Shown piece by piece: positions 18,966 through 28,597 of a stretch of 56,589 nucleotides of DNA. The stretch lies in sequence record PZ445422.1. One strand, 5' to 3'. Position 1 is the stretch's first letter. Each line of letters opens with the position of its first letter. The translations under genes were made by a program, and so were the position numbers. The notes beneath the pieces are model-generated. The model worked only from the letters and a program-made list of their open reading frames with translations, did no database searches and was not told where the DNA came from. This DNA is from a phage.

Positions 18966-19066
18966 CATGTGGTTATATATTAACAATCCGCTCACATCAT
19001 AACTTCAGGTGGAATAATTGTGGCTGGCCTACTATGGATTGTGTATAGTGCTGTTAGGAGGTAGGT

Positions 19067-19282
19067 ATGGACTGTCAAAAAGAATTTGATCTTAAATACA
19101 TAACCACATCAGAAATTGAAAACCGCTTCGGTCTTAGTCGTCGCAAATTATGTTCGCTTCGCGGTAAGCTGCCGGGCGAAGTTAAGATTGCTAACGTGTA
19201 TGTTTATGTTCGTGCAGTTGCAGAACCTGTCTTAATGTTGCACGCTGGCCGGGTTGTGCCGGAGGTTGGTCGTGGGTCGTAA
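19067..19282 (+). CDS. hypothetical small protein (possible DNA-binding)
   Basis: 71 aa; strong AGGAGG RBS; first gene after the AT-rich region. Confidence 0.45.
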   Translation: MDCQKEFDLKYITTSEIENRFGLSRRKLCSLRGKLPGEVKIANVYVYVRAVAEPVLMLHAGRVVPEVGRGS

Positions 19283-19553
19283 GTGCAGGACTGTCCCGGG
19301 CAGTAATTTCAAAGGGCGCGGGCTCGCACGCCGGAAACCGCGAGTGCCTCGGGAAAATGTGAGCGGGCGTGAGGGCGTTACTTTCGATTATAAAACTGGT
19401 AAATGGCTTGCCCGATTAACATGGGTAGATGCAGGCGGAGAAACAAGGCGAACTTTCCTTGGACTGTATGACAGCATGAAAGACGCTTGCGAAGTATATG
19501 ACGCAAATAATTCAGCATACGAAGAATGGCGGAGGAAACAGATTTATGGCTAG
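19254..19553 (+). CDS. AP2-domain DNA-binding protein candidate
   Basis: VTFDYKTGKWLARLTWVDAGGETRRTFLGLYDSMKDACEVYD follows the AP2/ERF pattern (GKW.A.I....G..R..LG.F...E.A..AYD); start uncertain, overlaps previous gene. Confidence 0.4.
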   Translation: MCRRLVVGRKCRTVPGSNFKGRGLARRKPRVPRENVSGREGVTFDYKTGKWLARLTWVDAGGETRRTFLGLYDSMKDACEVYDANNSAYEEWRRKQIYG

Positions 19554-19815
19554 AAAAATACCATATATAGGTAAAGAGATGATTCGATTCCCTGCTCCAT
19601 GGCTGGGAGAAGGACAATTTGAGGATGTATGCGCTTATTTTGAAGAGGTGGAATTAAAAGGTGGGATTACACAATATCGCGCATTTATTAGAGTCATGGA
19701 TGAGTATCAGTATATTGGCACATATGCCACAATGGATACAGCTTTCGTCACTATCGATAAAGTCAAGGATGTAATTACATCTCTGTTAAAAGTGATTGTT
19801 AACGAAGGTAAATGA
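19546..19815 (+). CDS. hypothetical protein
   Basis: ATG at 19546 with GGAGGAAA RBS (internal start of track ORF 19498..19815). Confidence 0.45.
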   Translation: MARKIPYIGKEMIRFPAPWLGEGQFEDVCAYFEEVELKGGITQYRAFIRVMDEYQYIGTYATMDTAFVTIDKVKDVITSLLKVIVNEGK

Positions 19816-22151
19816 TGGAACTGTTTCCCGCTGAAATTAAAGCTTTCCCACAATGGGCGGTCGCCGATGCGGATAAAAAGCCGCTCGTATGGGATAACGA
19901 TATTGGACGTTTGATGGCGGCGGACGTTACCGATCCGGATATGCTTATGACGTTTGAAGCTGCCAAAGGTTGTGCTGCTCATTTCAATAAACCTTATATT
20001 GGCTTCGTGCTTACTGCGCAAGACCCGTTCACCTGTATCGACCTGGATGTGAAGAACGCAACCAATGAACCGGATCCCAAGAAGCACACAACGCCGGAAC
20101 AGTTGCGCCGCTTCGAACAGATCATGACTGCGTTCGATACTTACACCGAAGTAAGTCGCTCAGGCTTGGGCGTCCACCTGTGGTTAAGAGGGAACATCGG
20201 TAAAGGTCGCCGACGTGATGGTGTCGAGGTTTATAGTCAGGAGCGTTTTATTATCTGCACTGGTAATCCTGTCTACAACAAACCAGTTGCAGAACGTGAT
20301 CATTACCTTACTATGCTTGTGAATGAAATTGATCTTCAGCGCAAGACATATGAAATTGAACTGGTAGAAAAAGATCCGGTAGAAGATGATGCAACTATTC
20401 ATCAGCGCGCACTTGAAGCAGACAACGGCGATAAGTATGCACGCCTATTCAATGGCGAATGGGTTGAAATGGGATTCCCTTCCCAGTCTGAAGCAGACCT
20501 TGCCCTTATTTCCATGTATGCATTTTACACAGAAAGTAATGAGCAATGTCGCCGTCTGTTCCGTTACAGTGCACTGGGCAAACGTGAGAAGGCTAATAAG
20601 AACAATGTTCATATTGACCGTTGTTTGCGTATGTGTCGCGGTCGCATGGAGCGTGAACGCATTGCCCAGGAAAACGTAGCGGCGCTGGCGCGGGATTACG
20701 CTGCTCGTATGCAAGCTGCACACAGTGCAATGCAGCAGGTAACGGAAATGCCTGTAACCACAGTCAGCCCGTCCGGTGAAATAGTAGTTGCAGAAAGCAC
20801 GTCCATTGATGCAACAGCTATTGAATGGCCGCCGGGACTTGCTGGTGAGCTTGCGAAGTATATCTACAAAGCATCGCAGCGTCCGGTGAAAGAAATTGCA
20901 ATCACTGCATCGTTAGCATTCTTGTCAGGTGTATGCGGTAAGGTATGGAATACTATCACCAACACAGGGCTGAACGGTTACTTTGTGCTCATTGCCCGAT
21001 CAGGTGTGGGTAAAGAAATGCTTCACGCTGGGCCCAGCTATATTTGTAAGCAGGTAGGCGAGCAATTACCGCAAGTGCATGAATTTGTAGACATGACTAA
21101 CTATGCTTCCGGTCCTGCCTTGCGTAAAAGTTTTGCGGATCATACTTCGTTTGTGAATATTAACGGCGAGTTCGGTAAAACCATTAAAGGTATGGCAACA
21201 GCTCAACCTGGCACTGCAAACTACACCCTGAAGCAAACTATTACAGATGTGTATCAAAAATCTGGTGCGATGGATGTTGTTGGCGGTATCGGATATTCTG
21301 ATAAGGCTAATAATACCAAAACAATGGAAGGGGTAGCGTTCAGCATTTTGGGCGAAACAACACCGGACACATTCTTTGAAGCGTTAACACGTGAAATGAT
21401 GGAAGACGGTTTCTTGTCCCGTTTCCACATTGTGCAATATGAAGGGGATCGTGTTCCTGCAAACGAGAATCCTGAAATTACAATGCCGCAGCAATTAAAG
21501 GACATGGTGTGCCATCTTGTTAACCACACGTTAGTGACAATGGCGAAGTTCCAGACCGTTACCGTCCAGTTAAGCTCTGAAGCGGAAAGGATTGAACGGG
21601 AGTTTAACTTGCTGTGTGATGAACACATTAACGCAACTAAAGACGAAGCTATCCGTCAGCCGTGGAACCGTGCTCACCTTAAAGCTCTGCGTCTTGCTTC
21701 CCTGTTAGCAGTGGGGGAAAACTGGATCAATCCTGTCGTTCAGCCCAATCACATGCAATGGGCGGTAGATTTTGTTACGCATGGGCAGGACATCATGATC
21801 AACGCATGGGAAAAAGGTACTATTGGCGGTGATGATGAAACGCGTGTGAAGGCTATCTGTCAGGTCTGCAAAGATTATCTTGGCGGTAAAATTGCATGCG
21901 ATCGTAAGGAGCTGCGAGTTGACGGTATTATTCCGAAGGCAACTATCACACGCAGAACCTACGGGTTAGCAGCATTCAAGAATCACAGGATGGGAGCAGG
22001 TACTGCAACAGACCTCACTATCAAACAACTTGTAGACATGGGCGCGCTTGTTCCGGTTACGCGTGAAGATGCGTTGAAGCGTAATTTCAGGGGATTGGGA
22101 TGGTATATAGACGAGTCAATTGAGAGTGTTTTCAAGGACTTAAGCAAATAA
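19812..22151 (+). CDS. DNA primase-polymerase (Prim-Pol) with C-terminal NTPase-like region
   Basis: 779 aa; N-terminal block GFVLT..DPFTCIDLDVKN and VSRSGLGVHLWL match Prim-Pol catalytic motifs; C-terminal region with P-loop-like LIARSGVGKE. Confidence 0.65.
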   Translation: MMELFPAEIKAFPQWAVADADKKPLVWDNDIGRLMAADVTDPDMLMTFEAAKGCAAHFNKPYIGFVLTAQDPFTCIDLDVKNATNEPDPKKHTTPEQLRRFEQIMTAFDTYTEVSRSGLGVHLWLRGNIGKGRRRDGVEVYSQERFIICTGNPVYNKPVAERDHYLTMLVNEIDLQRKTYEIELVEKDPVEDDATIHQRALEADNGDKYARLFNGEWVEMGFPSQSEADLALISMYAFYTESNEQCRRLFRYSALGKREKANKNNVHIDRCLRMCRGRMERERIAQENVAALARDYAARMQAAHSAMQQVTEMPVTTVSPSGEIVVAESTSIDATAIEWPPGLAGELAKYIYKASQRPVKEIAITASLAFLSGVCGKVWNTITNTGLNGYFVLIARSGVGKEMLHAGPSYICKQVGEQLPQVHEFVDMTNYASGPALRKSFADHTSFVNINGEFGKTIKGMATAQPGTANYTLKQTITDVYQKSGAMDVVGGIGYSDKANNTKTMEGVAFSILGETTPDTFFEALTREMMEDGFLSRFHIVQYEGDRVPANENPEITMPQQLKDMVCHLVNHTLVTMAKFQTVTVQLSSEAERIEREFNLLCDEHINATKDEAIRQPWNRAHLKALRLASLLAVGENWINPVVQPNHMQWAVDFVTHGQDIMINAWEKGTIGGDDETRVKAICQVCKDYLGGKIACDRKELRVDGIIPKATITRRTYGLAAFKNHRMGAGTATDLTIKQLVDMGALVPVTREDALKRNFRGLGWYIDESIESVFKDLSK

Positions 22152-22178
22152 ATAAAGGGCCTTTCGGCCCTTTATTGT
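22152..22178. terminator. bidirectional intrinsic terminator
   Basis: aaagggcc-tttc-ggcccttt hairpin flanked by A and T tracts between convergent genes. Confidence 0.6.
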
Positions 22179-22402
22179 TAGTTGAAATAGTAATCGTCGA
22201 CGTCGTACCTTGCCATAATTTCGGATGCTTCCGCCGCACTTTCCGCTTCTTCATAAGCTTTCTCAGCGTCATCATAAGTACCGTAATACATCCAACCTTC
22301 ACCCATTGGACGGATGTATGCTTCAAATTTACCAGTACGCGGGCGACGTACAACTTTATAATCCGCGCCCATTGTGCTATATACTTTATTCAGCATGACC
22401 AT
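22178..22402 (-). CDS. AP2-domain DNA-binding protein, antisense island in the plus-strand module
   Basis: YKVVRRPRTGKFEAYIRPMGEGWMYYGTYDDAEKAYEEAESAA fits the AP2 pattern; GGAGG RBS 8 nt before ATG at 22402. Confidence 0.5.
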   Translation of the reverse strand: MVMLNKVYSTMGADYKVVRRPRTGKFEAYIRPMGEGWMYYGTYDDAEKAYEEAESAAEASEIMARYDVDDYYFN

Positions 22403-22560
22403 TTTGTAATCCTCCGCTCTGTTTATGAGTTAATAGTACAGCTAGACGGATCAAAGGTAAAGGCAAATCGTGCTATTTTATAGATGCATTTCAAGTCTAA
22501 AGTTGTTGCATACATCTCAAGTCCTGCTATACTTACAGCATAAAGTTAACGGAGGGAACA

Positions 22561-22635
22561 ATGTTCGAGCTTTTAAAATTATTTGCGGGTGCTATTTTCG
22601 TAGCTGGTTACTTCTGGTTTATGTATATTCTGTGA
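22561..22635 (+). CDS. 24 aa hydrophobic peptide (MFELLKLFAGAIFVAGYFWFMYIL)
   Basis: own translation; GGAGGG RBS 5-6 nt upstream; single TM-like segment. Confidence 0.3.
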   Translation: MFELLKLFAGAIFVAGYFWFMYIL

Positions 22636-22643
22636 GGTGTGAG

Positions 22644-22841
22644 ATGGATCAACAATTATTTAATATTGCTTTACAAGCAATAGTAGATACCGCAAAACAG
22701 GCTTATATTGAAGGTTATAATCAGTGTTTAATTAGTGCTGCTTATTCGCCTGAAGAACCTTCACAAATTGAAGAAGACTGGCAGAACTCTTCTGTAAAAG
22801 CTGCCTGTGATAGAATGATTCAAAACTTAAGGGGTAAATGA
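22644..22841 (+). CDS. hypothetical small protein
   Basis: ATG at 22644 with GAGGTG RBS (internal start of track ORF 22470..22841). Confidence 0.45.
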   Translation: MDQQLFNIALQAIVDTAKQAYIEGYNQCLISAAYSPEEPSQIEEDWQNSSVKAACDRMIQNLRGK

Positions 22842-23155
22842 TGGGAATTGTAAACACTATCTGTGAAGCAATTTATGCGGAGCTTATCCGTATTGAAACT
22901 AATCTGCATAAAGAAGGACGAAAAGAAATCAAAAGAATTCTTGTAGATTTCCCTACAGCAATGGATATTCGAAGAGATGGTCATTTATACTATTGGGGTA
23001 GTGAATACATCGACGAATGTGATGGAGGGTGTCGTATCCACATGGCTATTATGAATTACCCTATTGTTCCAACCGATCAAGTAACAGGTTTTGAGTTGAT
23101 GTTAAATGATGGTACTTTAGCACCAAAAGCGGCAAAGGGAACCGCGCAAAATTGA
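22838..23155 (+). CDS. hypothetical protein
   Basis: 105 aa; start overlaps previous stop. Confidence 0.5.
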   Translation: MMGIVNTICEAIYAELIRIETNLHKEGRKEIKRILVDFPTAMDIRRDGHLYYWGSEYIDECDGGCRIHMAIMNYPIVPTDQVTGFELMLNDGTLAPKAAKGTAQN

Positions 23156-23467
23156 AGCTTGCCATTCAAGACTGCATCCTTTAAGATAACCACAGTTAAC
23201 GAGGTTTAACAATTTAACAACATTAACTTAGTGAACGATGCTTAACTCAAGCCCTTGAAAGCGGTAGCTGTACCTCCTTACAGCAACTACTTTCGCTGGG
23301 CTTCCTGGAGCGGACAGGATAAACCCGCAACTTACTGAACGATGTGAACGATGTTTAACGCGACGGCGCCAGATGTACCAAACCGTCACCAGCCTTTGGC
23401 GAGGCTGTACAAGTAGGCCAGGATAGACGAAGACGGCAGTCAAAGTAAGCTATCCGACAATCAAGAG

Positions 23468-23498
23468 AGCCCAGGAATCCTTATGCCTGGGCTTTTTT
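23468..23498 (+). terminator. intrinsic terminator
   Basis: agcccagg ... cctgggct stem followed by TTTTTT. Confidence 0.6.
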
Positions 23499-23573
23499 GT
23501 TCCTTGAGATCAACAGAACTTCAATATAAAATTCTTTATGAAGTGTTTTACATTAAAGTTATGGAGACAAACA

Positions 23574-24040
23574 TGGCAGTAAATATTCGCGCTAAAGGTC
23601 AACGCGGTGAGCGGGAAGTATGCGATTTCTTTAATGCAATTTATGCCGAAATCTACGCAGAGCTGGGGATGCAGTTACCGGAGAAACCTATTGCTCAGCG
23701 TAACCAGAATCAAAGTGCGGTCGGTGGTTGCGACATTAGCAATACGTGCCACCATGCGGTTGAAGTAAAAAACCATGCTACGCCACAGGTGAACACATGG
23801 TGGAAACAGACTGTTCAATCCGCTAAAGAGCTTGGCAGATATCCAGTTCTGATGTATAAAATAGAACGTAAAGGATGGAAGGTTGTTCTACCGCTTAATC
23901 CAGTCGTCTTTAGCAATGGTGAGTGGCAGTGGTACGAAGTTAAAGATTCCATCCGCGCGGAGATTAGTCTTGATGACTACCGCATTATTTTTAAAGCGCA
24001 CGCGAAACAATGGTTAATTGATCGCGGTTCAATTCAATAA
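23574..24040 (+). CDS. Holliday junction resolvase, Hjc-like PD-(D/E)XK nuclease
   Basis: KGQRGEREV ... GGCDIS ... AVEVKN ... RYPVLMYK follows the Hjc pattern (KG..ERE, D, EVK, PVL); ATG at 23574 with GGAG RBS. Confidence 0.55.
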
Positions 24041-24049
24041 GGTGAAATT

Positions 24050-24643
24050 ATGACTGACGTATTAAATATCACAAAAAATTCTTTTGCAATTGATGTTGAA
24101 AAATTTGCCGCATCATTAAGCACAATTCCTGTCGGTGTGAAGCGCTTAACAGACACCGCAATTCTACCAGCGTTCGCCACTGCTGGGGCAGCTTGCTTTG
24201 ACCTGCACGCGGATCTCAAAAGTGAAGACGGTTGTGAACAAATCATTTTCTCTTACGAGCACATATTCCGCACAGGGTTAGCGTTTGATATCCCTAAAGG
24301 GTATGCGCTTATGGTCTATTCCCGTAGTGGACACGGATTCAAAAATGACGTGCGTTTGGCAAACTGCGTGGGTGTTATTGATAGCGATTACACTGGCGAA
24401 GTTAAAGTTAAGCTCACTATTGATAATGATGGTAGTTTTATAGTCAGTCATGGCGACCGTATTGCGCAAGCTATGCTTATTAAGGTGCCTTGCGTGCAAC
24501 TGGTAGAAGTAGACGAGCTCAAAACTACTGAGCGCGGTGCTAATGGCTTTGGGTCCACTGGTACATCTGCCAATGTGGTTACAGCAGAGGAAGAAGCTGC
24601 TACGCATCCGATTATGACTTCACGTCATTTAGATAAAAAATAA
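24050..24643 (+). CDS. dut: dUTP diphosphatase (dUTPase)
   Basis: motifs AGAACFDL, YSRSGHG, GVIDSDYTGE, GDRIAQ, RGANGFGSTG in canonical order. Confidence 0.85.
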   Translation: MTDVLNITKNSFAIDVEKFAASLSTIPVGVKRLTDTAILPAFATAGAACFDLHADLKSEDGCEQIIFSYEHIFRTGLAFDIPKGYALMVYSRSGHGFKNDVRLANCVGVIDSDYTGEVKVKLTIDNDGSFIVSHGDRIAQAMLIKVPCVQLVEVDELKTTERGANGFGSTGTSANVVTAEEEAATHPIMTSRHLDKK

Positions 24644-24706
24644 GTCTTGCCTAAGCACATGGATGTGCTACTATACATACATCGAAACACAACAGAGGAC
24701 AGAAAA

Positions 24707-25117
24707 ATGTTCGACGCAGATAAAGCAGTACAAGCAACAGAAGCAGATGTAATTGAGTGGTATAAAACTAAAGCGGAATTGCAGAAGCTGCAAGCTCGTG
24801 AGCGAGCACTCCGTGATAAGATTATTAAGTCCTATTTCCCAGCGCCGTCTGAGGGGACTAATAAAGTTGAAATTACTGGCGGGGTTATGAAAATGACCCA
24901 CAAGATTGATCGTAAAATTGATCTTCCAAGTCTTAACGGAATCCTGGGTGATCTGATTAAAGTTGGTGTTAACGTTGATCAGCTTGTGGAAAATAAACCT
25001 GTATTGAAAGTTGCGGCTTGGCGTAAACTTACAGCGGAGCAAGCCGCAGTCTTCAACCAGTGCGTTGAATCTAAAGTTGGATCTGCGTCACTGGAAATCG
25101 TTCCAAATAAAGCTTAA
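24707..25117 (+). CDS. hypothetical protein
   Basis: ATG at 24707 with GAGGA RBS (internal start of track ORF). Confidence 0.45.
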   Translation: MFDADKAVQATEADVIEWYKTKAELQKLQARERALRDKIIKSYFPAPSEGTNKVEITGGVMKMTHKIDRKIDLPSLNGILGDLIKVGVNVDQLVENKPVLKVAAWRKLTAEQAAVFNQCVESKVGSASLEIVPNKA

Positions 25118-25158
25118 CCACATTAACGGGCGGTCAATCCGCCCAAGAGGAAACTAAA

Positions 25159-25950
25159 ATGCGTAAAGAATTTCAGAAAGCTTATCATGCCCTGTTAAAA
25201 GGTGTTGTAACTGTCAAAGTTAAGTTTGAAGCAGGTGGTCGTCTTTATACATACCGTGCCCTGGAAAGCGATGAATTACAGCCGGGCGATACTGTTGTTA
25301 TTCAATATAACGGCAAGTTCTTTACTACGGAAGTAGTAGAAGTGGATCAATATCCGGACTTCAGTAAGGATGTTGAATACAAATGGATTGTCTGCAAAGT
25401 GGATGAAGAGCGCTATGCCCACTTCCTGGAACAGGAACACATGTTCGAACAACAGATGTTGGCTTTGTCCGCAAACAAAGAAGCAGAAGCGACCAAGAAA
25501 GAACTGATCGAGTTGTACGGTGAAGAAAATGTCGGTTATTTGGCAGGTATTGCCCAGGGCAAAGTGACGGTTCCAACATTGAATGACGTTATTGAAACTA
25601 TGCTACACAACTTTGCGGATGGTGCAGATCTTAACGGTAGTGTTGTTGAGTTTAAAACCGGACCTTATAATGGCGAAGCTGTACAACGTCAGAAAGATTT
25701 ATATGTACAGGTGCTTGGGCGCGGTTTACGCAAGATGGAAGGTCCGCGTGTGGACTGGGAAAGTCGTTACAATAAACACATCGCTAAGATGCATAATCTG
25801 AACGGTTTTACATGGCGTGATTTTATGGCACCGGGCGCAAGTAAAGAGAGCGACGAAGACGTAGAATCTGCTAAAATCTTGTTTGATCGTTTCAAGCGTA
25901 AGCAGTATCCGATCGAGCAATATATCGAAGAGTTCAAAGACAAACTGTAA
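25159..25950 (+). CDS. hypothetical protein
   Basis: 263 aa; AGAGGAAA RBS. Confidence 0.5.
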   Translation: MRKEFQKAYHALLKGVVTVKVKFEAGGRLYTYRALESDELQPGDTVVIQYNGKFFTTEVVEVDQYPDFSKDVEYKWIVCKVDEERYAHFLEQEHMFEQQMLALSANKEAEATKKELIELYGEENVGYLAGIAQGKVTVPTLNDVIETMLHNFADGADLNGSVVEFKTGPYNGEAVQRQKDLYVQVLGRGLRKMEGPRVDWESRYNKHIAKMHNLNGFTWRDFMAPGASKESDEDVESAKILFDRFKRKQYPIEQYIEEFKDKL

Positions 25951-25961
25951 ACGGGGGAATA

Positions 25962-26192
25962 ATGGCTGTAAGAAAGATCAAAGCGACCGATGCGCTTCCT
26001 GGAATGATTTACCGTGACTTTTACGGTAACGAAATGAAAGTAGAAAGTATCTGTCATTACGAGCAGGATAATACGATAGCCCTTACCTTTGCTTTCGGGC
26101 GCCCAGGAGATGGTTTCCGTCTAACCTTCCAAAATGAAGAAGAGATTGAAATCGTGATCCCTGAAGAACCGGAAGAATCTATTCCTGCATAA
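25962..26192 (+). CDS. hypothetical protein
   Basis: 76 aa; GGGGGAA RBS. Confidence 0.45.
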   Translation: MAVRKIKATDALPGMIYRDFYGNEMKVESICHYEQDNTIALTFAFGRPGDGFRLTFQNEEEIEIVIPEEPEESIPA

Positions 26193-26197
26193 CTTAC

Positions 26198-26224
26198 AAG
26201 GGGGTCTTTCGATCCCCTTTTTAT
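26198..26224 (+). terminator. intrinsic terminator
   Basis: gggggtc-tttc-gatcccc stem followed by TTTTT. Confidence 0.55.
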
Positions 26225-26236
26225 TAAGGAAAAACA

Positions 26237-26899
26237 ATGAGAGTAACAATTATTTCTGATGCAAGTTTTTGCCCAAATACAAAAGCCGCGGGATATGGTG
26301 GATGGGTAGTTTGTAACCGTGGAAATAATGCTAACGGTGGTCCATTACGCGGTGCTCCGGATAACAATGCAGCTGAAACAATGGCAATCTGTAATGTTAT
26401 TTGGGAAGGATTGAAAGCTAATTTAATTCAATCGGGTGATCATTTAATTGTGCAAACAGATTGTTCAACAGCTATTAAAGTGTATAAAGAGGCAAGCTGG
26501 AAAAGCGAACAGGAAGGTACAGCTTTCAAATGGTTGAACGATCAACTTCGTAAATATAACCTTACTATTGAGTTTCGCCACGTTAAAGGTCATACAAGTA
26601 ATCAGGACCAGCGTAGCAAAGCTCAAAGATTTTGTGATGAACGTGCGCGTTCTGCTATGCGATTGGAAAGAAGCAAGATCCGTTTGCAGGAATGCAAAGA
26701 GCTTATTTCCGAAGCAAAGAAAAAGGAAAACAGACCTAAAAAGGGTAGCGGGCATTTACGTCGTAATACCCGTATGAAAGAGAAAGCTTTTTTGGCTGCT
26801 CGTTCAGAAGACGATAAAGCTGTTGCAGAACGTAATGAGCGTATTCGTAAATTAAAATTCGTACATTCTTTTATGAATAGAGGTGCAAATGGCATTTAA
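26237..26899 (+). CDS. ribonuclease H
   Basis: ISDASF..AGYGGWVV, NNAAETMAI, VQTDCSTAI, FRHVKGH and CDERAR parallel the RNase HI catalytic blocks. Confidence 0.55.
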   Translation: MRVTIISDASFCPNTKAAGYGGWVVCNRGNNANGGPLRGAPDNNAAETMAICNVIWEGLKANLIQSGDHLIVQTDCSTAIKVYKEASWKSEQEGTAFKWLNDQLRKYNLTIEFRHVKGHTSNQDQRSKAQRFCDERARSAMRLERSKIRLQECKELISEAKKKENRPKKGSGHLRRNTRMKEKAFLAARSEDDKAVAERNERIRKLKFVHSFMNRGANGI

Positions 26900-27803
26900 A
26901 CCACATTTAGCAACTGACGCGGTTGAAGAAAAGATTAAGTTTCCATGCTGTATACTGCCTAAAATCGACGGTGTACGCGGTTTAAATCCGGACGGGCAGA
27001 TAGTAGGGCGAAGCTTAAAGCTGTTTAAAAACCGCCATACAAGCGAAATTTTCAGCGGTCCTCAATACATGGGCTATGACGGGGAGCTCGCGGCAGGTGT
27101 AGAAACAGATCCAGACCTGTGCCGTAAAACAACCAGTGCGGTAAACACAATTGAAGGCGAACCGTTCCTGAAATGGCACATCTTTGATCTGTGCGCGGAA
27201 AGTGTTGCAGAGCTGGGCTATGAAGCACGCTACAACATGATGAAAGACTTTATAACCACACAGCACGCTAAAGGCGAATTGCTCGACCTGCAAGTTGTGC
27301 CGATGTATGTGGTTAAGTCTTTGCAAGAGCTGCTTTACTGGGAAAACATTTGGCTTGATATGGGTTATGAAGGTATTATTATCCGTGATCCAGGCAAGCC
27401 CTATAAGCATGGGCGCGGTACAGTTCGCGAAGGTGGATATCTTCGTATTAAACGCTTTATTCAGGAAGACGCTATTGTCCTCGATATTATTGAGGGTGAA
27501 ACTAATCTTAATGAAGCCACTGTTAACGAGCTGGGAAGGACTACACGATCTTCACATCAGGAGAATAAAGTTCCTAACGGTATGATCGGGACGCTTGTTT
27601 GTAAAGACGTTAAGACGGGCAATACCATCAACGTTAGTCCTGGTAAACTAACGCAAGAGGATAAGATTTATTATTGGAATAACCCTGACAAGATTAAAGG
27701 TCGGACTATTTCATATAAACACTTCCCTCATGGTGTTAAAGATAAACCGCGTTTTGCTAACTTTATGCATTTCCGCGATGAAACTGATCAGGCTTTAGAT
27801 TAA
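26889..27803 (+). CDS. ATP-dependent DNA ligase
   Basis: nucleotidyltransferase motif I ILPKIDGVRG (KxDG) and GYEGIIIRDP block; ATG at 26889 with AGAGGTG RBS. Confidence 0.65.
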   Translation: MAFKPHLATDAVEEKIKFPCCILPKIDGVRGLNPDGQIVGRSLKLFKNRHTSEIFSGPQYMGYDGELAAGVETDPDLCRKTTSAVNTIEGEPFLKWHIFDLCAESVAELGYEARYNMMKDFITTQHAKGELLDLQVVPMYVVKSLQELLYWENIWLDMGYEGIIIRDPGKPYKHGRGTVREGGYLRIKRFIQEDAIVLDIIEGETNLNEATVNELGRTTRSSHQENKVPNGMIGTLVCKDVKTGNTINVSPGKLTQEDKIYYWNNPDKIKGRTISYKHFPHGVKDKPRFANFMHFRDETDQALD

Positions 27804-27868
27804 AAAGTAATTGAGGGTTCAAAGTATATTACGTTACAATGAGCACGAACTTAAAAGAGAGGCGTTAA

Positions 27869-28597
27869 ATGGCCATTGAAATTAAAATGTCTTCACAAGT
27901 AGTGCAAGACACAGGCGTTAAAATTCTGGTTTACGGTGAAGCGGGTATGGGTAAAACCAGCCTTGTAGCCACACTACCTAAACCAATTTTGATCAGCGCA
28001 GAGTCCGGTCTGTTATCTATTGCAGCGGAAAACCTTAATCGCGTTTATGGTAACATGGGATTGCCGATCGTTTATGATATCCCAGTTATTGAAGTTAAAT
28101 GTCTGGAGGACGTTGAAGCTGCTTATCAGTGGTGTGTAACTCCAGCTAACCAGCAGTATTTCGATTCTATTGCGCTTGACAGCTTGAGCGAAATTGCTGA
28201 ACAATGTTTAAACAATGCGAAAAAAGGAACAAAAGATCCTCGTCAAGCTTATGGTACTTTGCTTGAAAAGATGCAAGATCTGATCCGTAAATTTCGCGAT
28301 ATTCCTGGCAAACATGTTTATATGTCTGCTAAAATGGGCAAAGACAAAGATGAAGTCTCCGGTGTTACCGCGTATGCTCCATCTATGCCTGGGTCCAAAT
28401 TGGGGCAAATGCTCCCTTACTTCTTCGACGAAGTGTTTCGTCTGAATGTAAATAAGGATCAGCAAGGTAACTCATATCGTTACTTGCAAACTCAACCGGA
28501 CTTTAATACAATCGCTAAGGATCGTTCGGGACGTTTAGATGCGGTTGAAGTCCCACACTTAGGTTCTGTTATCAACAAAATGAAAGGTATCAACTAA
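27869..28597 (+). CDS. RecA-fold ATPase, Sak4-like recombination protein
   Basis: Walker A ILVYGEAGMGKTS near N-terminus; 242 aa; directly upstream of SSB-like gene. Confidence 0.55.
   Translation: MAIEIKMSSQVVQDTGVKILVYGEAGMGKTSLVATLPKPILISAESGLLSIAAENLNRVYGNMGLPIVYDIPVIEVKCLEDVEAAYQWCVTPANQQYFDSIALDSLSEIAEQCLNNAKKGTKDPRQAYGTLLEKMQDLIRKFRDIPGKHVYMSAKMGKDKDEVSGVTAYAPSMPGSKLGQMLPYFFDEVFRLNVNKDQQGNSYRYLQTQPDFNTIAKDRSGRLDAVEVPHLGSVINKMKGIN

Noticed and set aside
18792-18983. 63 aa ORF across the CAAAACTT iteron array
   Set aside because: Sequence is a repeat array; product is low complexity; no RBS
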